The notes: a model not told the origin generated them from the letters alone. 64,000 nucleotides of DNA from Dehalococcoidia bacterium (GCA_034428635.1 DAOUHR010000156.1:11076-75075); one strand, 5' to 3'; positions 1 through 8,495 are shown, counted from the first letter of the stretch. Numbers and translations: made by a program.

Positions 1-1360
1 TTACTCCGGTGCGGTTTTCCGATTCGGCGGCTGTCTCTTCCGTGTCCCAGCAGACGTCGCCACCCTGCTGGGCATGGCTCAACAGTTCCTGGAAAGTGCC
101 CTCGTCCACTTCCACCGGACCCACCAGGTCCAGGCAGGCGCGGACGAATTCGGCCGGGCTCAAAGTTCCCCGTTCCTTCAATCCCGCCACTATGGCCTTG
201 ACGCCGGGCAGTGACGTGTCGGACAGTAGCTTGGCGGCGAAGTTGACCCGCCGGACCAGGGCGCCGCCGTCAATCCACTCGGAACCCGTGTGCCAGCTTT
301 CCACGCTGGGGGGATTCATCAGTTCCTGGCCCTGCCAGCCGCACTCAAAGGCCAGCAGCGGGAACCCGGTCCTTGGCTGGCTGTAGTTGCCGGCCATGCG
401 GGCAGTGCTGACCACCAGTTCGGCCGGGCTCTTGACATGCTGGTAGAGGGCGTTCTTGAAAAAGTCGGAATTGAACAGGGCTCGCAGGATGGTCTTGATA
501 TCGGCGTCCGACTCCATGTAGGCCTTGACCAATGTGTCGATAGCTGCCTCGTCATTGGGTGGGGTGATGCTCCAGGCCGGCACCTGCGGCTCGTCTGCAA
601 CAAAGTAGTTGTAAAGGTGGCGGGCCAGGAACCGGGCCGTATCTTCCTGTCTAACTATGATGTCGATGATGTCATCACCATCAAAATTGCCGGTGTGTCC
701 CAGGAACTCCTTTTCACCGTAGTCGTGGTCTTCCGGTTTGAACTCGAAGTTCCAGTAGAACCGTCCTACGGGCTGACGGGGCGGCTTGGTTCCGATGGTC
801 CAGCCGGTAAAGGCCCGCGACGCTTCCTTGATGTCGTCCTCGGAGTAGTGGCCCACTCCCATGGAGAACAGCTCCAGCAACTCGCGGCCCCAGTTCTCGT
901 TGATGGAACCGTAGTGGTTGCCGTTGTTGTCCAGCCAGTAAATCATGGCAGGGTTCTGCGCCAGCTTCACCAGCAAGTTAGGGAAGTTGCTCAGCCCCTC
1001 CTCGCGGAACATGCCTATCTGGGCCAGCAGTTCCGGCGGATTGTCCACCTTGGAATTGCCGGTCGCGAAGAGCTGGTGCCAGAACAGGGCCATCTTTTCC
1101 TTCAGCGGCCACTTGGTGTTTACCATGCGGTACACCCACTCGGTCTGGGCGGCTACCGGCGCCAGCGAACTTTCAAACTGGGGAAAATAGCGGTAAAGCT
1201 CATCCTCGTCAATGCCCGAATCGTCTCCGGGGTTGAGCAGTTCCTCCACGGTGGATTCATACCCCCGGGCGCACCGCTCCTCCAGTTCGGCGCGGGAAGC
1301 GCCAAAACCGGCCCGACGCATCAGATGAGCCATCAAAGCAATATCTTCTTGGCTCGGCAT
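1..1360 (-). CDS. DUF1800 family protein (C-terminus cut off by left window edge)
   Basis: Absent from the ORF track because no stop lies inside the window. Reverse-strand ATG at 1360-1358 is preceded by GGAGGAGAAGG. The frame stays open to position 2 (last full codon GTA). Translation MPSQEDIALMAHLMRRAGFGAS...MALFWHQLFATG...MIYWLDNNGNHYGSINENWGRELLELFSMGVGHYSEDDIKEASRAFTGW carries the motifs I associate with DUF1800 (FWxxHF; YLDN..N; NEN.aREL.ELF..G). Confidence 0.8.
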   Translation of the reverse strand, partial: MPSQEDIALMAHLMRRAGFGASRAELEERCARGYESTVEELLNPGDDSGIDEDELYRYFPQFESSLAPVAAQTEWVYRMVNTKWPLKEKMALFWHQLFATGNSKVDNPPELLAQIGMFREEGLSNFPNLLVKLAQNPAMIYWLDNNGNHYGSINENWGRELLELFSMGVGHYSEDDIKEASRAFTGWTIGTKPPRQPVGRFYWNFEFKPEDHDYGEKEFLGHTGNFDGDDIIDIIVRQEDTARFLARHLYNYFVADEPQVPAWSITPPNDEAAIDTLVKAYMESDADIKTILRALFNSDFFKNALYQHVKSPAELVVSTARMAGNYSQPRTGFPLLAFECGWQGQELMNPPSVESWHTGSEWIDGGALVRRVNFAAKLLSDTSLPGVKAIVAGLKERGTLSPAEFVRACLDLVGPVEVDEGTFQELLSHAQQGGDVCWDTEETAAESENRTGV

Positions 1361-1422
1361 ACCTTCTCCTCCAAAAGAATCAAGAATAGCGTTGAATTTT
1401 CAAATACTCGACGGTCGCCCCT

Positions 1423-1923
1423 CTAGCGCGCGGCGGCCTGCTGGGTGGCCATTTCCTCGTCCCAGGGACCCGGGAACTGGCCGGTCATTCGTCCTTCACC
1501 CATGAAAATGTTCTCTTCCCGGTTCCACTGGCTGCGAGGCAACTCATAGGAAACTTCGATGCCGTTGCCGTCAGGGTCGTTGAAGTAGATGCCGATGGAA
1601 ATACCATGATCGGAAATATGGCCGATTGGGACGTTCTTTTCCTTCAGCCGGTAGTACATCTCCTTGAGATCGTCCAGGCTCTCCATCATCCAGGCCATGT
1701 GGTTAAGGCCAACCTGCCGGTTCTGGATGCCAGGAGCCTCTTCTCCCACCTCAATCAGGGCGATCTCGTGGGATTGTTCAACGTCAGCCGACATGAAAGC
1801 GGCCCGCCCCGGCCTGAAATCATAGGTATGCAGCCCCAAAATGTCCTCATACCACTTCTGGGAACGCTCGGCGTTACGCACAAACATATTTACATGACCC
1901 AGAAACTTGGGCTTGTAACTCAT
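1423..1923 (-). CDS. VOC family protein (glyoxalase / extradiol dioxygenase fold)
   Basis: 166-aa ORF. The pattern GHVNMFVRN...W.Y.DILGL...HEIALIE...LNHMAW...HGISIGIYFNDPDGNGIEV is typical of the paired beta-alpha-beta-beta-beta VOC modules. Confidence 0.75.
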   Translation of the reverse strand: MSYKPKFLGHVNMFVRNAERSQKWYEDILGLHTYDFRPGRAAFMSADVEQSHEIALIEVGEEAPGIQNRQVGLNHMAWMMESLDDLKEMYYRLKEKNVPIGHISDHGISIGIYFNDPDGNGIEVSYELPRSQWNREENIFMGEGRMTGQFPGPWDEEMATQQAAAR

Positions 1924-2045
1924 AACATTACCTCACGGTTACAAAATTGCCTGCAAAAATCTAGGCTAAAATTACCACAAAGCAGGAAACCGTGCAAGGA
2001 ATTCGTATCTGGCATCTTTCAATCCGGCCCTTGCCGGCAAGGCCG

Positions 2046-2954
2046 TTAGCCGACCGACGGCGCCTGGGGGACTATATCCCTCTGAAACCGTTCCATCGCT
2101 TCGAACTTCTCGGCAAAGGACTCGCCTGGAATCTCCATGATGATGTGGCTGACTCCCGCGTCCGCATAATCCCCGATGTCGCCGATAATGTCCTCGACAG
2201 TTCCTTGCAGCGCCCCTCTTTCGCCTTCCATGGGGTCGTTGCTGAACCGCAGATTGCACCGGAAAGAAAGTTGTGGCGGAGTTTCCCTTCCAATCCTCCG
2301 GCAGTACTCCCGCATATACTCCGCATTCGCCTTGACTTCGTGGGCGGGTATTTGCACGGGGTGCCAGCAATCCCCGTACTTCGCCGCCCGCCGGGCCCCG
2401 ACACGGCTTCGACCCCCAATCCAAATGGGCGGATGCGGTCGCTGCACCGGCATAGGCGAGAAGGTAACGTCTCCGAATTGAAAGCGTTCCCCGTCAAACT
2501 CGGGCCGGGGATTCGTCCACAATTCCTTCAGCAGGCGCAGGTACTCGTCGCTCACCGCTCCCCGTTCCTTGAATTCGGCATTCAGGGCTGCAAATTCTCC
2601 CTCCATCCAGCCCACGGCGGCGCCGAAAATTACCCGCCCGTCAGACAGCACATCGGCGGTGGCGATGGCCTTGGCGAGTATGACCGGGTTGCGGTAAGGC
2701 AGGATAATTACGCTCGTCCCGATGTTCACCCTGCTGGTAACCGCCCCCAGGTGGGCCAGCAAAGTAACCGGTTCCAGCATATCGTGGCGGTAGACAATCT
2801 CGGGTGGCCGGTCCGGCAGCACGTCGGGCACGATGATGTGATCCGTCACCCACACCGAGTCAAACCCCATCTCTTCCGCCTTCACCGCCATTTCGGTCAG
2901 GGCATTGACTTCCAGGGGCCTGCCGTAATGGGGAATACACACGCCGAATTTCAT
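2046..2954 (-). CDS. LLM-class (luciferase-like) F420-dependent oxidoreductase
   Basis: 302-aa ORF. MKFGVCIPHYG...AEEMGFDSVWVTDHI...ILPYRNPVILAKAIATADVLSDGRVIFGAAVGW...PPIWIGG is the canonical TIM-barrel LLM layout of the F420-dependent subclass. Confidence 0.8.
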   Translation of the reverse strand: MKFGVCIPHYGRPLEVNALTEMAVKAEEMGFDSVWVTDHIIVPDVLPDRPPEIVYRHDMLEPVTLLAHLGAVTSRVNIGTSVIILPYRNPVILAKAIATADVLSDGRVIFGAAVGWMEGEFAALNAEFKERGAVSDEYLRLLKELWTNPRPEFDGERFQFGDVTFSPMPVQRPHPPIWIGGRSRVGARRAAKYGDCWHPVQIPAHEVKANAEYMREYCRRIGRETPPQLSFRCNLRFSNDPMEGERGALQGTVEDIIGDIGDYADAGVSHIIMEIPGESFAEKFEAMERFQRDIVPQAPSVG

Positions 2955-3034
2955 GGCTCACTCCATCCGCTGTTTGAATTTATAGTTGGCTCTCAAAGAA
3001 GCCCCATCTGGTGCGGCGCCGGCCCAGCCCAAAA

Positions 3035-3961
3035 TTATGCCGGGTAATTCTCCAGCCACCACCGGGCAATATCCACCCTCCTCGCAAACCACACTCCCTC
3101 AAATCCCCTGGCGTACTCGATAAAACGCTCCACCGCTTGCGAACGGGACGGCCTTCCCGTGATGCGGCAATGTAGACCCACCGACATCATCTTGGGGTGA
3201 GTTTCGCCTTCCCGGTAAAGACAGTCAAAGGAGTCCTTCAGGTACTCGTAGAAATCACCGGTGCTGACCAGACCGCCCCGCCAGAAGCGGGCATCGTTGG
3301 TCTCAAAGCTGTAGGGAATGACCAGCCAGGGTCGGTCCGCCACGGTAACGTAGTAGGGCAGGTCGTCGTTGGTGGCCAGGCTGTCGTAGATAAACCCGCC
3401 CTCGGCTACGGCCAGTTCCCGGGTGTTTACGCTGGGACCGTAGCGGGTGAACCAGCCCAGGGGCCGCTCTCCGGTGGTGGCCTCTATGGACGCCACCGTC
3501 TTTCGCATATCCTCCGCCTCTTCCTCGCGAGACATGTGGTGCACCTCGGCCCACCGGTAGCAGTGGCCGCAGGGTTCGTGGCCCTGGGCCGTAATCGCCT
3601 GCGCCAGTTCCGGGTTACGCTCCAAAGCCTGGGCGCAACAGTAGAAAGTTGACTTCACCTGGTGGCGGTCGAACATATCCAGCAGGCGCCATACCCCCAC
3701 CCGGCTGCCGTACTCAAAGAATGACTCGTTATACAGGTCCCGCTGTCCCGGGGGAATCGGCGAAGGTACCTCGTTGTTACTTTCGTGGTGGTCGTCACCG
3801 TCCAGCAGGGAATACTCGGAACCCTCTTCGTAATTGACCACCAGGGACACAGCTATCCTGGCCCCATTGGGCCACCGGATCTGGGGCACATTCCGCCCGT
3901 AGCCAACAAAGTCGCGTTGCGTTGCCAATTGAATTATCTCCCACTGAATTATCTCCCACAA
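3035..3961 (-). CDS. PuuE-type allantoinase / polysaccharide deacetylase family protein
   Basis: VNYEEGSEYSLLDGDDHHES...FEYGSRVGVWRLLDMFDRHQVKSTFYCCAQALERNPE...GHEPCGHCYRW matches the PuuE/NodB-fold deacetylase pattern. The track start at 3961 is a TTG. An alternative TTG at 3928 sits 8 nt after a GGAGA motif. The start is ambiguous because of the 15-bp duplication (see repeat 3930-3959). Confidence 0.75.
   Translation of the reverse strand: MWEIIQWEIIQLATQRDFVGYGRNVPQIRWPNGARIAVSLVVNYEEGSEYSLLDGDDHHESNNEVPSPIPPGQRDLYNESFFEYGSRVGVWRLLDMFDRHQVKSTFYCCAQALERNPELAQAITAQGHEPCGHCYRWAEVHHMSREEEAEDMRKTVASIEATTGERPLGWFTRYGPSVNTRELAVAEGGFIYDSLATNDDLPYYVTVADRPWLVIPYSFETNDARFWRGGLVSTGDFYEYLKDSFDCLYREGETHPKMMSVGLHCRITGRPSRSQAVERFIEYARGFEGVWFARRVDIARWWLENYPA
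3930..3959. repeat. Perfect 15-bp tandem duplication (tgaattatctcccac x2)
   Basis: Units 3930-3944 and 3945-3959 are identical. On the minus strand the repeat encodes WEIIQWEIIQ and contains the GGGAGA Shine-Dalgarno-like motif twice. Confidence 0.95.
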
Positions 3962-4048
3962 GATTTGTTAACAAGGGAATCAAGGCCCAAATTATAAGCC
4001 CTGGGCGACGGTTTGGGTTAATGCGGGAGCATTGCCGACAGTCTTTCG

Positions 4049-4077
4049 TTGACACTCTCAGTCCCCCTGTTTACACT
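4049..4077 (+). promoter_or_regulatory. Sigma70-like promoter TTGACA-N17-TACACT for the M20 peptidase gene
   Basis: TTGACA at 4049-4054, a 17-nt spacer, then TACACT at 4072-4077, about 30 nt upstream of ATG 4109. The track ORF 'start' at 4049 is the TTG of this -35 box. Confidence 0.45.
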
Positions 4078-4108
4078 CGCCCCAACCGAACACAAAAGAG
4101 GCAAGACT

Positions 4109-5467
4109 ATGCCTAATCTGGAAAAACTTTTCGCCCAGGTTGACGCTTCCCTGGACGACATCATTGCCCTGGAACAGGCTATGGTACGGATTCCATCGGT
4201 CAACACGGGCTTTATGCCTACCGGCGACGAAACCCCCGTCTGCGAACTGGCCCGGGACTTCCTGGCCGAGGACGGCATCCCCTCGGAAATCCTCGAATCG
4301 GCGCCCAACCGCGGCAACCTGATTGCCCGTATGGAGGGGAGGTCGGGCAAGGCTGGGCTGATGTTCATGTCCCACACCGACGTGGTGCCCGTTGAAGACG
4401 AAACCAAGTGGCAGTTCCCGCCCTTCAGCGCCACCATCCACGACGGCCGAATTTTCGGCCGCGGCGCCTCCGACTGCAAGGGCCTGCTCACCTGCCAGCT
4501 TATGGCCGTCCGCCTCTTGAAACGCAACGGCATTGAATTGGAGGACGGATTGATCCTGGCCGCAGGCGCCGACGAGGAACACGGCGGCAGATACGGCTTC
4601 GGCTGGCTGGCTGACAACCATCCCGACAAGCTGGCCGCCCCCTTCGCCGTCAACGAGGGCGGCGGCACACCGGTCCGAGCGGCTGGCGCCCTTACCTACA
4701 TCCTCGGGGTTGGCGAAAAGGGACGGCTTCAGGTGGAGATTGACGTAAAGGGCACCAGTTCCCACGCTTCCGTTCCCTGGCAGGGGACCAACGCGCTCTA
4801 CCGATTGAGCCAGGCCCTGAACTCCATTGAGGGCTACGACGCGGAGCTGGACACCTCCACTGTAATTTTCGACCACCTCTCCACCTTTGCCATCGAGGAC
4901 AAGCCTTCTCCGGCTAACGTGGACGCCATTATCGCGGACATTGAGTCCGACAATCCCCGTTTCGCTTCCATGCTCCGGGCACTCTCCCGCATGACTCTCA
5001 CGCCCACCATGGTGAGCGGCGGAATCAAGTCCAACAGCGTCCCAGAGTCCATCCGCCTCACCTGTGACGTACGTACCCTTCCCCACCAGGACGACGAATA
5101 CGTGCGCCGGCAGTTGGACGAGGTGCTGGTCGATGTCCCCGGCGTATCCTACGAGATTGACTACATGGCCCGGCCCAACTCCTCACCCTTTGAATCGCCC
5201 CTGGCATCCAGCCTGCAACGGATCACAGCCCGCGCCCTGGAGCGGGACGACATCCAGTGGGTACCTGCCATCAGCAACGGCTTCACCGATTCCCGCTTTA
5301 CGCGGCCATTGGGCACCGTTACCTACGGTTTCACGGGTTCCCATCCCGACGACGATCCCATGCTGAATTTCACCCACGGCACCAACGAGTCCGTAGGCAT
5401 CAAGAGCCTGGTCAGCGGCACCAAGATCATGCTGGGCCTGGCCTGCGACATGCTGGCGGTAAAGTAG
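4109..5467 (+). CDS. M20 family metallopeptidase (ArgE/DapE/ACY1/CPG2-like)
   Basis: ATG 4109 lies 7 nt after AAGAGG. MPNLEKLFAQVDASLDDIIALEQAMVRIPSVN...NLIARMEG...MFMSHTDVVP...GRGASDCKG...ADEEHGG are typical M20 metal-ligand motifs. Confidence 0.8.
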   Translation: MPNLEKLFAQVDASLDDIIALEQAMVRIPSVNTGFMPTGDETPVCELARDFLAEDGIPSEILESAPNRGNLIARMEGRSGKAGLMFMSHTDVVPVEDETKWQFPPFSATIHDGRIFGRGASDCKGLLTCQLMAVRLLKRNGIELEDGLILAAGADEEHGGRYGFGWLADNHPDKLAAPFAVNEGGGTPVRAAGALTYILGVGEKGRLQVEIDVKGTSSHASVPWQGTNALYRLSQALNSIEGYDAELDTSTVIFDHLSTFAIEDKPSPANVDAIIADIESDNPRFASMLRALSRMTLTPTMVSGGIKSNSVPESIRLTCDVRTLPHQDDEYVRRQLDEVLVDVPGVSYEIDYMARPNSSPFESPLASSLQRITARALERDDIQWVPAISNGFTDSRFTRPLGTVTYGFTGSHPDDDPMLNFTHGTNESVGIKSLVSGTKIMLGLACDMLAVK

Positions 5468-5647
5468 GAAACGGATGCCGAGGGGAGCAGGGCGCTTCCC
5501 TTTCAGCGTAGGGTAGGTCGTTGTCCCCGCCGTCGCGGGAACAACTAACTTCGCGATCGGCGAAGCAGCTATCAGGAAATGTCCGGGAATCCGGTTGGCG
5601 GAAGCACGCGATTGCCCAGGAAACACTACGCCGCCGCATGACACCGG

Positions 5648-5844
5648 CAGGGCAATCGTATTTTGTTTGAATTGTCATTCTGAACGGAGTGAAGAATCTA
5701 AACTCCATCCCACAGGCCGACTGGGGGACCCGTCACCTGGCTGACATGCAGGATTTCAGCCCCTTCGGCAAGCTCAGAGCGACTTATCCTATGCCTGGCG
5801 GATGTCTGCCACCTATAGTCTGAATCTAAAACGCGATTGCCCTG
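5648..5844 (+). mobile_element. MITE family A, copy 1 (197 bp, non-coding)
   Basis: Terminal inverted repeats: CAGGGCAATCGTATTTT at 5648-5664 versus the reverse complement of AAAACGCGATTGCCCTG at 5828-5844. Flanked by a perfect 10-bp direct repeat ATGACACCGG (5638-5647 and 5845-5854). A second copy, roughly 85-90% identical by eye, lies at 38692-38887. Confidence 0.85.
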
Positions 5845-6040
5845 ATGACACCGGCCCATTGATATCAGGGAGTACATATCCTTACCATAATGTTCAGGCG
5901 GACCTGCTTTCCTTCCTTCTTTGAAATAGGAAGCAGGGACAGAGCCTGCGGCGGCTTTGCCCTTCCTGCCGGTCGTGGCCCAGCCTGGGCCATATTGGGC
6001 CACTCTTGGCCACCTTCATGACCATTCCCTATCTGGGATG

Positions 6041-6120
6041 TGGCGCACCGGGGTGCCATCCGGTGCCATTCCAACTATGTTGTCAGATACGAAACGGCAC
6101 AAAATGGCACAAAGTGGCAC
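6041..6120. repeat. 10-bp-phased GTGCCA/TGGCAC iteron-like array in convergent orientation
   Basis: The sequence reads tggcgcaccg|gggtgccatc|cggtgccatt|ccaactatgt|tgtcagatac|gaaacggcac|aaaatggcac|aaagtggcac. There are two or three GTGCC units on the left and three GGCAC units on the right, all in 10-bp register. A related block (gtcagatac...aaatgggtc|aaaatgagac|aaaatggcac) lies at 38437-38490. Confidence 0.7.
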
Positions 6121-6405
6121 AAGAAATTAAAAAATCCTTGATTGCTGGGTGTCGGCAGGCAGGAGCGATTCCCCACAGTCGGGTAGTCCGAACAATCGTC
6201 ATACCGGTTTTCGCCTGTGTCTGGAAGTCCAGCCCTCCCCTGATGATGGTCAGGGCTTTCGCTTGAATGGTCTGGGGAAGGACCAGTCTTTCCCGACTTC
6301 GCAGGAACCTCGAACTCGGGGCAGACCCGTCTCAACTAGCTGGCAAAAGGCTATCCGGTCAACCATTTCCGAATGCGTTAGCCCCGCCGAGGGAAAGGAA
6401 TTCTG

Positions 6406-6434
6406 TTGACAAAGGTATGGGGGTTGTATAGAGT
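6406..6434 (+). promoter_or_regulatory. Candidate sigma70-like promoter (perfect TTGACA -35) upstream of the dppD-like gene
   Basis: TTGACA at 6406-6411, followed by TATAGA (15-nt spacer) or TAGAGT (17-nt spacer) at 6427-6434. Lies about 75 nt upstream of ATG 6508. Confidence 0.4.
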
Positions 6435-6507
6435 CAGCTAAATCTCCGTACCATAGTCTGCCAGGTTCGTCGGAATCTGTTCTCATCTTTAACGATGGTG
6501 GCCAAAT

Positions 6508-7494
6508 ATGGCGGCAGTTGAGTCGGGAAACGAAGTAGTCCTTGAGGTAGAAGACCTCCGCACTTTTTTCAGCACCCGTTGGGGCACGGTAAAGGCCGTG
6601 GATGGTGTCAGTTTCGATCTGCGCCGCGGAGAAACCCTGGGCATCGTGGGCGAGTCGGGCTGCGGCAAATCGGTGACCATGCTCTCCCTAATGCGGCTGA
6701 TTCCCACGCCGCCCGGTGAAATAGTGAGCGGTAGGATCGTCTTGCAGGGCCAGGACATTCTCCAGCTGACCGAAAACGAGATGAGCAGAGTCCGGGGCAG
6801 CCAGATAGCCCTGATCATTCAAGACCCCATGACCTCCCTGAACCCGGTGTTCACCATCGGCAACCAGGTCAACGAGGCCATCCAGATTCACCAGGACATT
6901 CCCAAGCGTAGCGTCCTGCAGCACACCCTGGATGTGTTGCGCAAGGTCAATATTCCTGCCGCCGAATCCCGGGTTAAGGACTATCCCCACCAGTTGAGCG
7001 GCGGTATGCGCCAGCGTGTGGTGGGCGCCATCGGTATTTCCTGCGAGCCGGCGGTCCTCATCGCCGATGAACCGACCACGTCCCTTGACGTTACCATCCA
7101 GGCCCAATACCTCAAGCTTCTTAAAGACCTCCAGCAGCAGCAGAACCTGGCCTTGATTTTCATCACCCACGACTTTGGCGTCGTGGCGAAGATGTGCGAC
7201 CGGGTTGCGGTGATGTACGCCGGCAAGATCGTTGAAATGGGCGGCGTGAGAGAGATTTTCAACTCACCATCCCACCCTTATACCGAAGCCCTGCTGGCCT
7301 CAGTACCCAAGCTGGAGGAGGATGTCGACCGGCTGTTCGCCATCGAGGGCCAGCCGCCGGCTCTTCACGACCTGCCGCCCGGTTGCTCCTTCGCCGACCG
7401 GTGCCCCCACGTCATGGAGCGGTGCAGGGAAGAATACCCAACCGTATTCCAGGTCTCCGAGACCCACAAAGCAGCCTGCTGGAGGTTGTCATGA
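6508..7494 (+). CDS. ABC transporter ATP-binding protein, oligopeptide/dipeptide DppD/OppD type
   Basis: Walker A GESGCGKS, signature LSGGMRQR, Walker B LIADEPTTSLD, and the C-terminal oligopeptide-ABC extension (SHPYTEALLASVP...CSFADRCP). Confidence 0.9.
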   Translation: MAAVESGNEVVLEVEDLRTFFSTRWGTVKAVDGVSFDLRRGETLGIVGESGCGKSVTMLSLMRLIPTPPGEIVSGRIVLQGQDILQLTENEMSRVRGSQIALIIQDPMTSLNPVFTIGNQVNEAIQIHQDIPKRSVLQHTLDVLRKVNIPAAESRVKDYPHQLSGGMRQRVVGAIGISCEPAVLIADEPTTSLDVTIQAQYLKLLKDLQQQQNLALIFITHDFGVVAKMCDRVAVMYAGKIVEMGGVREIFNSPSHPYTEALLASVPKLEEDVDRLFAIEGQPPALHDLPPGCSFADRCPHVMERCREEYPTVFQVSETHKAACWRLS

Positions 7495-8495
7495 CCACCG
7501 CGTCGCAACCCGCCGGAAATACCGAACAGGACAGTCCCCTGCTGGAAGTCTTCGACCTGAAGAAACACTTCCCGGTTACCAAGGGATTGCTCTTTTCCAA
7601 GACCACTGGTTACCTGAAGGCAGTGGACGGAATTTCCTTTCATATTGAGCGGGGCAAGACCCTGGGAATAGTGGGCGAGTCGGGCTGTGGCAAGAGCACC
7701 ACGGCCAAACTCTTGCTGATGCTGGAGGAACCCACCGAGGGCAGAATCCTGTTCGAGGGTGAGGATATTCACCACACTGATTCCGATCACCGGAAGGCCT
7801 ACCGCAGCAACGTGCAGGCCGTTTTCCAGGACCCGTGGAGCTCCCTGAACCCCCGCATGCGGGTACGCGACCTGATCGGCGAACCCATGATCATCAACTG
7901 GGATGTCCCCAGGCGGGATGTCGAGGAACGGGTGCAAAAGCTGCTGCAGGACGTGGGACTCAGCGCCTACCACGCCAACCTCTACCCCCACGAGTTCAGC
8001 GGCGGGCAACGCCAGCGCCTGGCCATTGCACGCGGCCTGTCCCTCAACCCCAAGATGATCGTTCTGGACGAGCCCGTGTCCGCTTTGGACGTTTCCATCC
8101 GCGCGCAAATAATGAATTTGTTGAAGGACCTGCAGAAGGAATATGAGGTCAGCTACATGCTGATCGCCCATCACCTGGCCACGGTACGTTACATGTGCGA
8201 TTGGGTGGCGGTAATGTACTTGGGCCAGATTGTGGAGTACGCCGAAGTAAAGGAGTTGTACAACAACCCCCTGCATCCTTACACCAAGGCCCTGATGTCC
8301 GCTGCCCTGCCTTCCCACCCGGACATTGAGCAGGACGAGATTATTCTCACCGGTGAAGTACCCTCGCCGCTAAACCCGCCGGAGGGCTGCCGGTTCCACA
8401 CCCGCTGCCCCTTCGCCATGGACCGGTGCGCGGTGGAAGTGCCGGAGACTAAGGAGGTGGCCCCGGGCCACACCACATCCTGCCACCTTTACTGA
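7491..8495 (+). CDS. ABC transporter ATP-binding protein, DppF/OppF type
   Basis: ATG 7491 overlaps the upstream stop (ATGA at 7491-7494). Walker [10 protein letters not shown], signature FSGGQRQR, Walker [12 protein letters not shown], and C-terminal [11 protein letters not shown]...CRFHTRCP. The track start at 7383 is an upstream alternative codon inside the previous gene. Confidence 0.9.
   Translation: MTTASQPAGNTEQDSPLLEVFDLKKHFPVTKGLLFSKTTGYLKAVDGISFHIERGKTLGIVGESGCGKSTTAKLLLMLEEPTEGRILFEGEDIHHTDSDHRKAYRSNVQAVFQDPWSSLNPRMRVRDLIGEPMIINWDVPRRDVEERVQKLLQDVGLSAYHANLYPHEFSGGQRQRLAIARGLSLNPKMIVLDEPVSALDVSIRAQIMNLLKDLQKEYEVSYMLIAHHLATVRYMCDWVAVMYLGQIVEYAEVKELYNNPLHPYTKALMSAALPSHPDIEQDEIILTGEVPSPLNPPEGCRFHTRCPFAMDRCAVEVPETKEVAPGHTTSCHLY

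Noticed and set aside
290-1426. 378-aa plus-strand ORF in the track
   Set aside because: It is antisense to a well-supported DUF1800 gene. Its composition is Gly/Val/Leu/Ala/His-rich (e.g. PAGKGPRRF, GGYRRQRT) with no recognisable motif. This is a typical shadow ORF of high-GC DNA.
1992-3047. 351-aa plus-strand ORF
   Set aside because: Antisense shadow of the LLM oxidoreductase gene (2046-2954). Its sequence is Arg/Pro/Gly/His-rich with no motif I recognise.
4058-5086. 342-aa minus-strand ORF
   Set aside because: Antisense shadow of the M20 peptidase gene, with no motifs, whereas the plus-strand translation has clear M20 signatures.
5880-5950. SRP-RNA-like string (aggaagcaggg / ggacctgctttccttcc)
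   Set aside because: It is only a superficial resemblance to the GGAAGCAG motif. The order and pairing required for the SRP domain IV hairpin (GGUCC-GGAA-GGAAGCAGCC) are not present.
5427-6003. Small ORFs across MITE-A copy 1 (e.g. MEFRFFTPFRMT...)
   Set aside because: These are translations of a repeated non-coding element. The same DNA recurs at 38692-38887 with frame-breaking differences.
6091-6125. Repeated TGGCAC as sigma-54 -24 elements
   Set aside because: No GC/TTGC -12 element sits at the required 5-nt spacing after any of the TGGCAC copies.
7365-8318. 317-aa minus-strand ORF
   Set aside because: Antisense to the DppF-type ATPase, which has unambiguous Walker/signature motifs.
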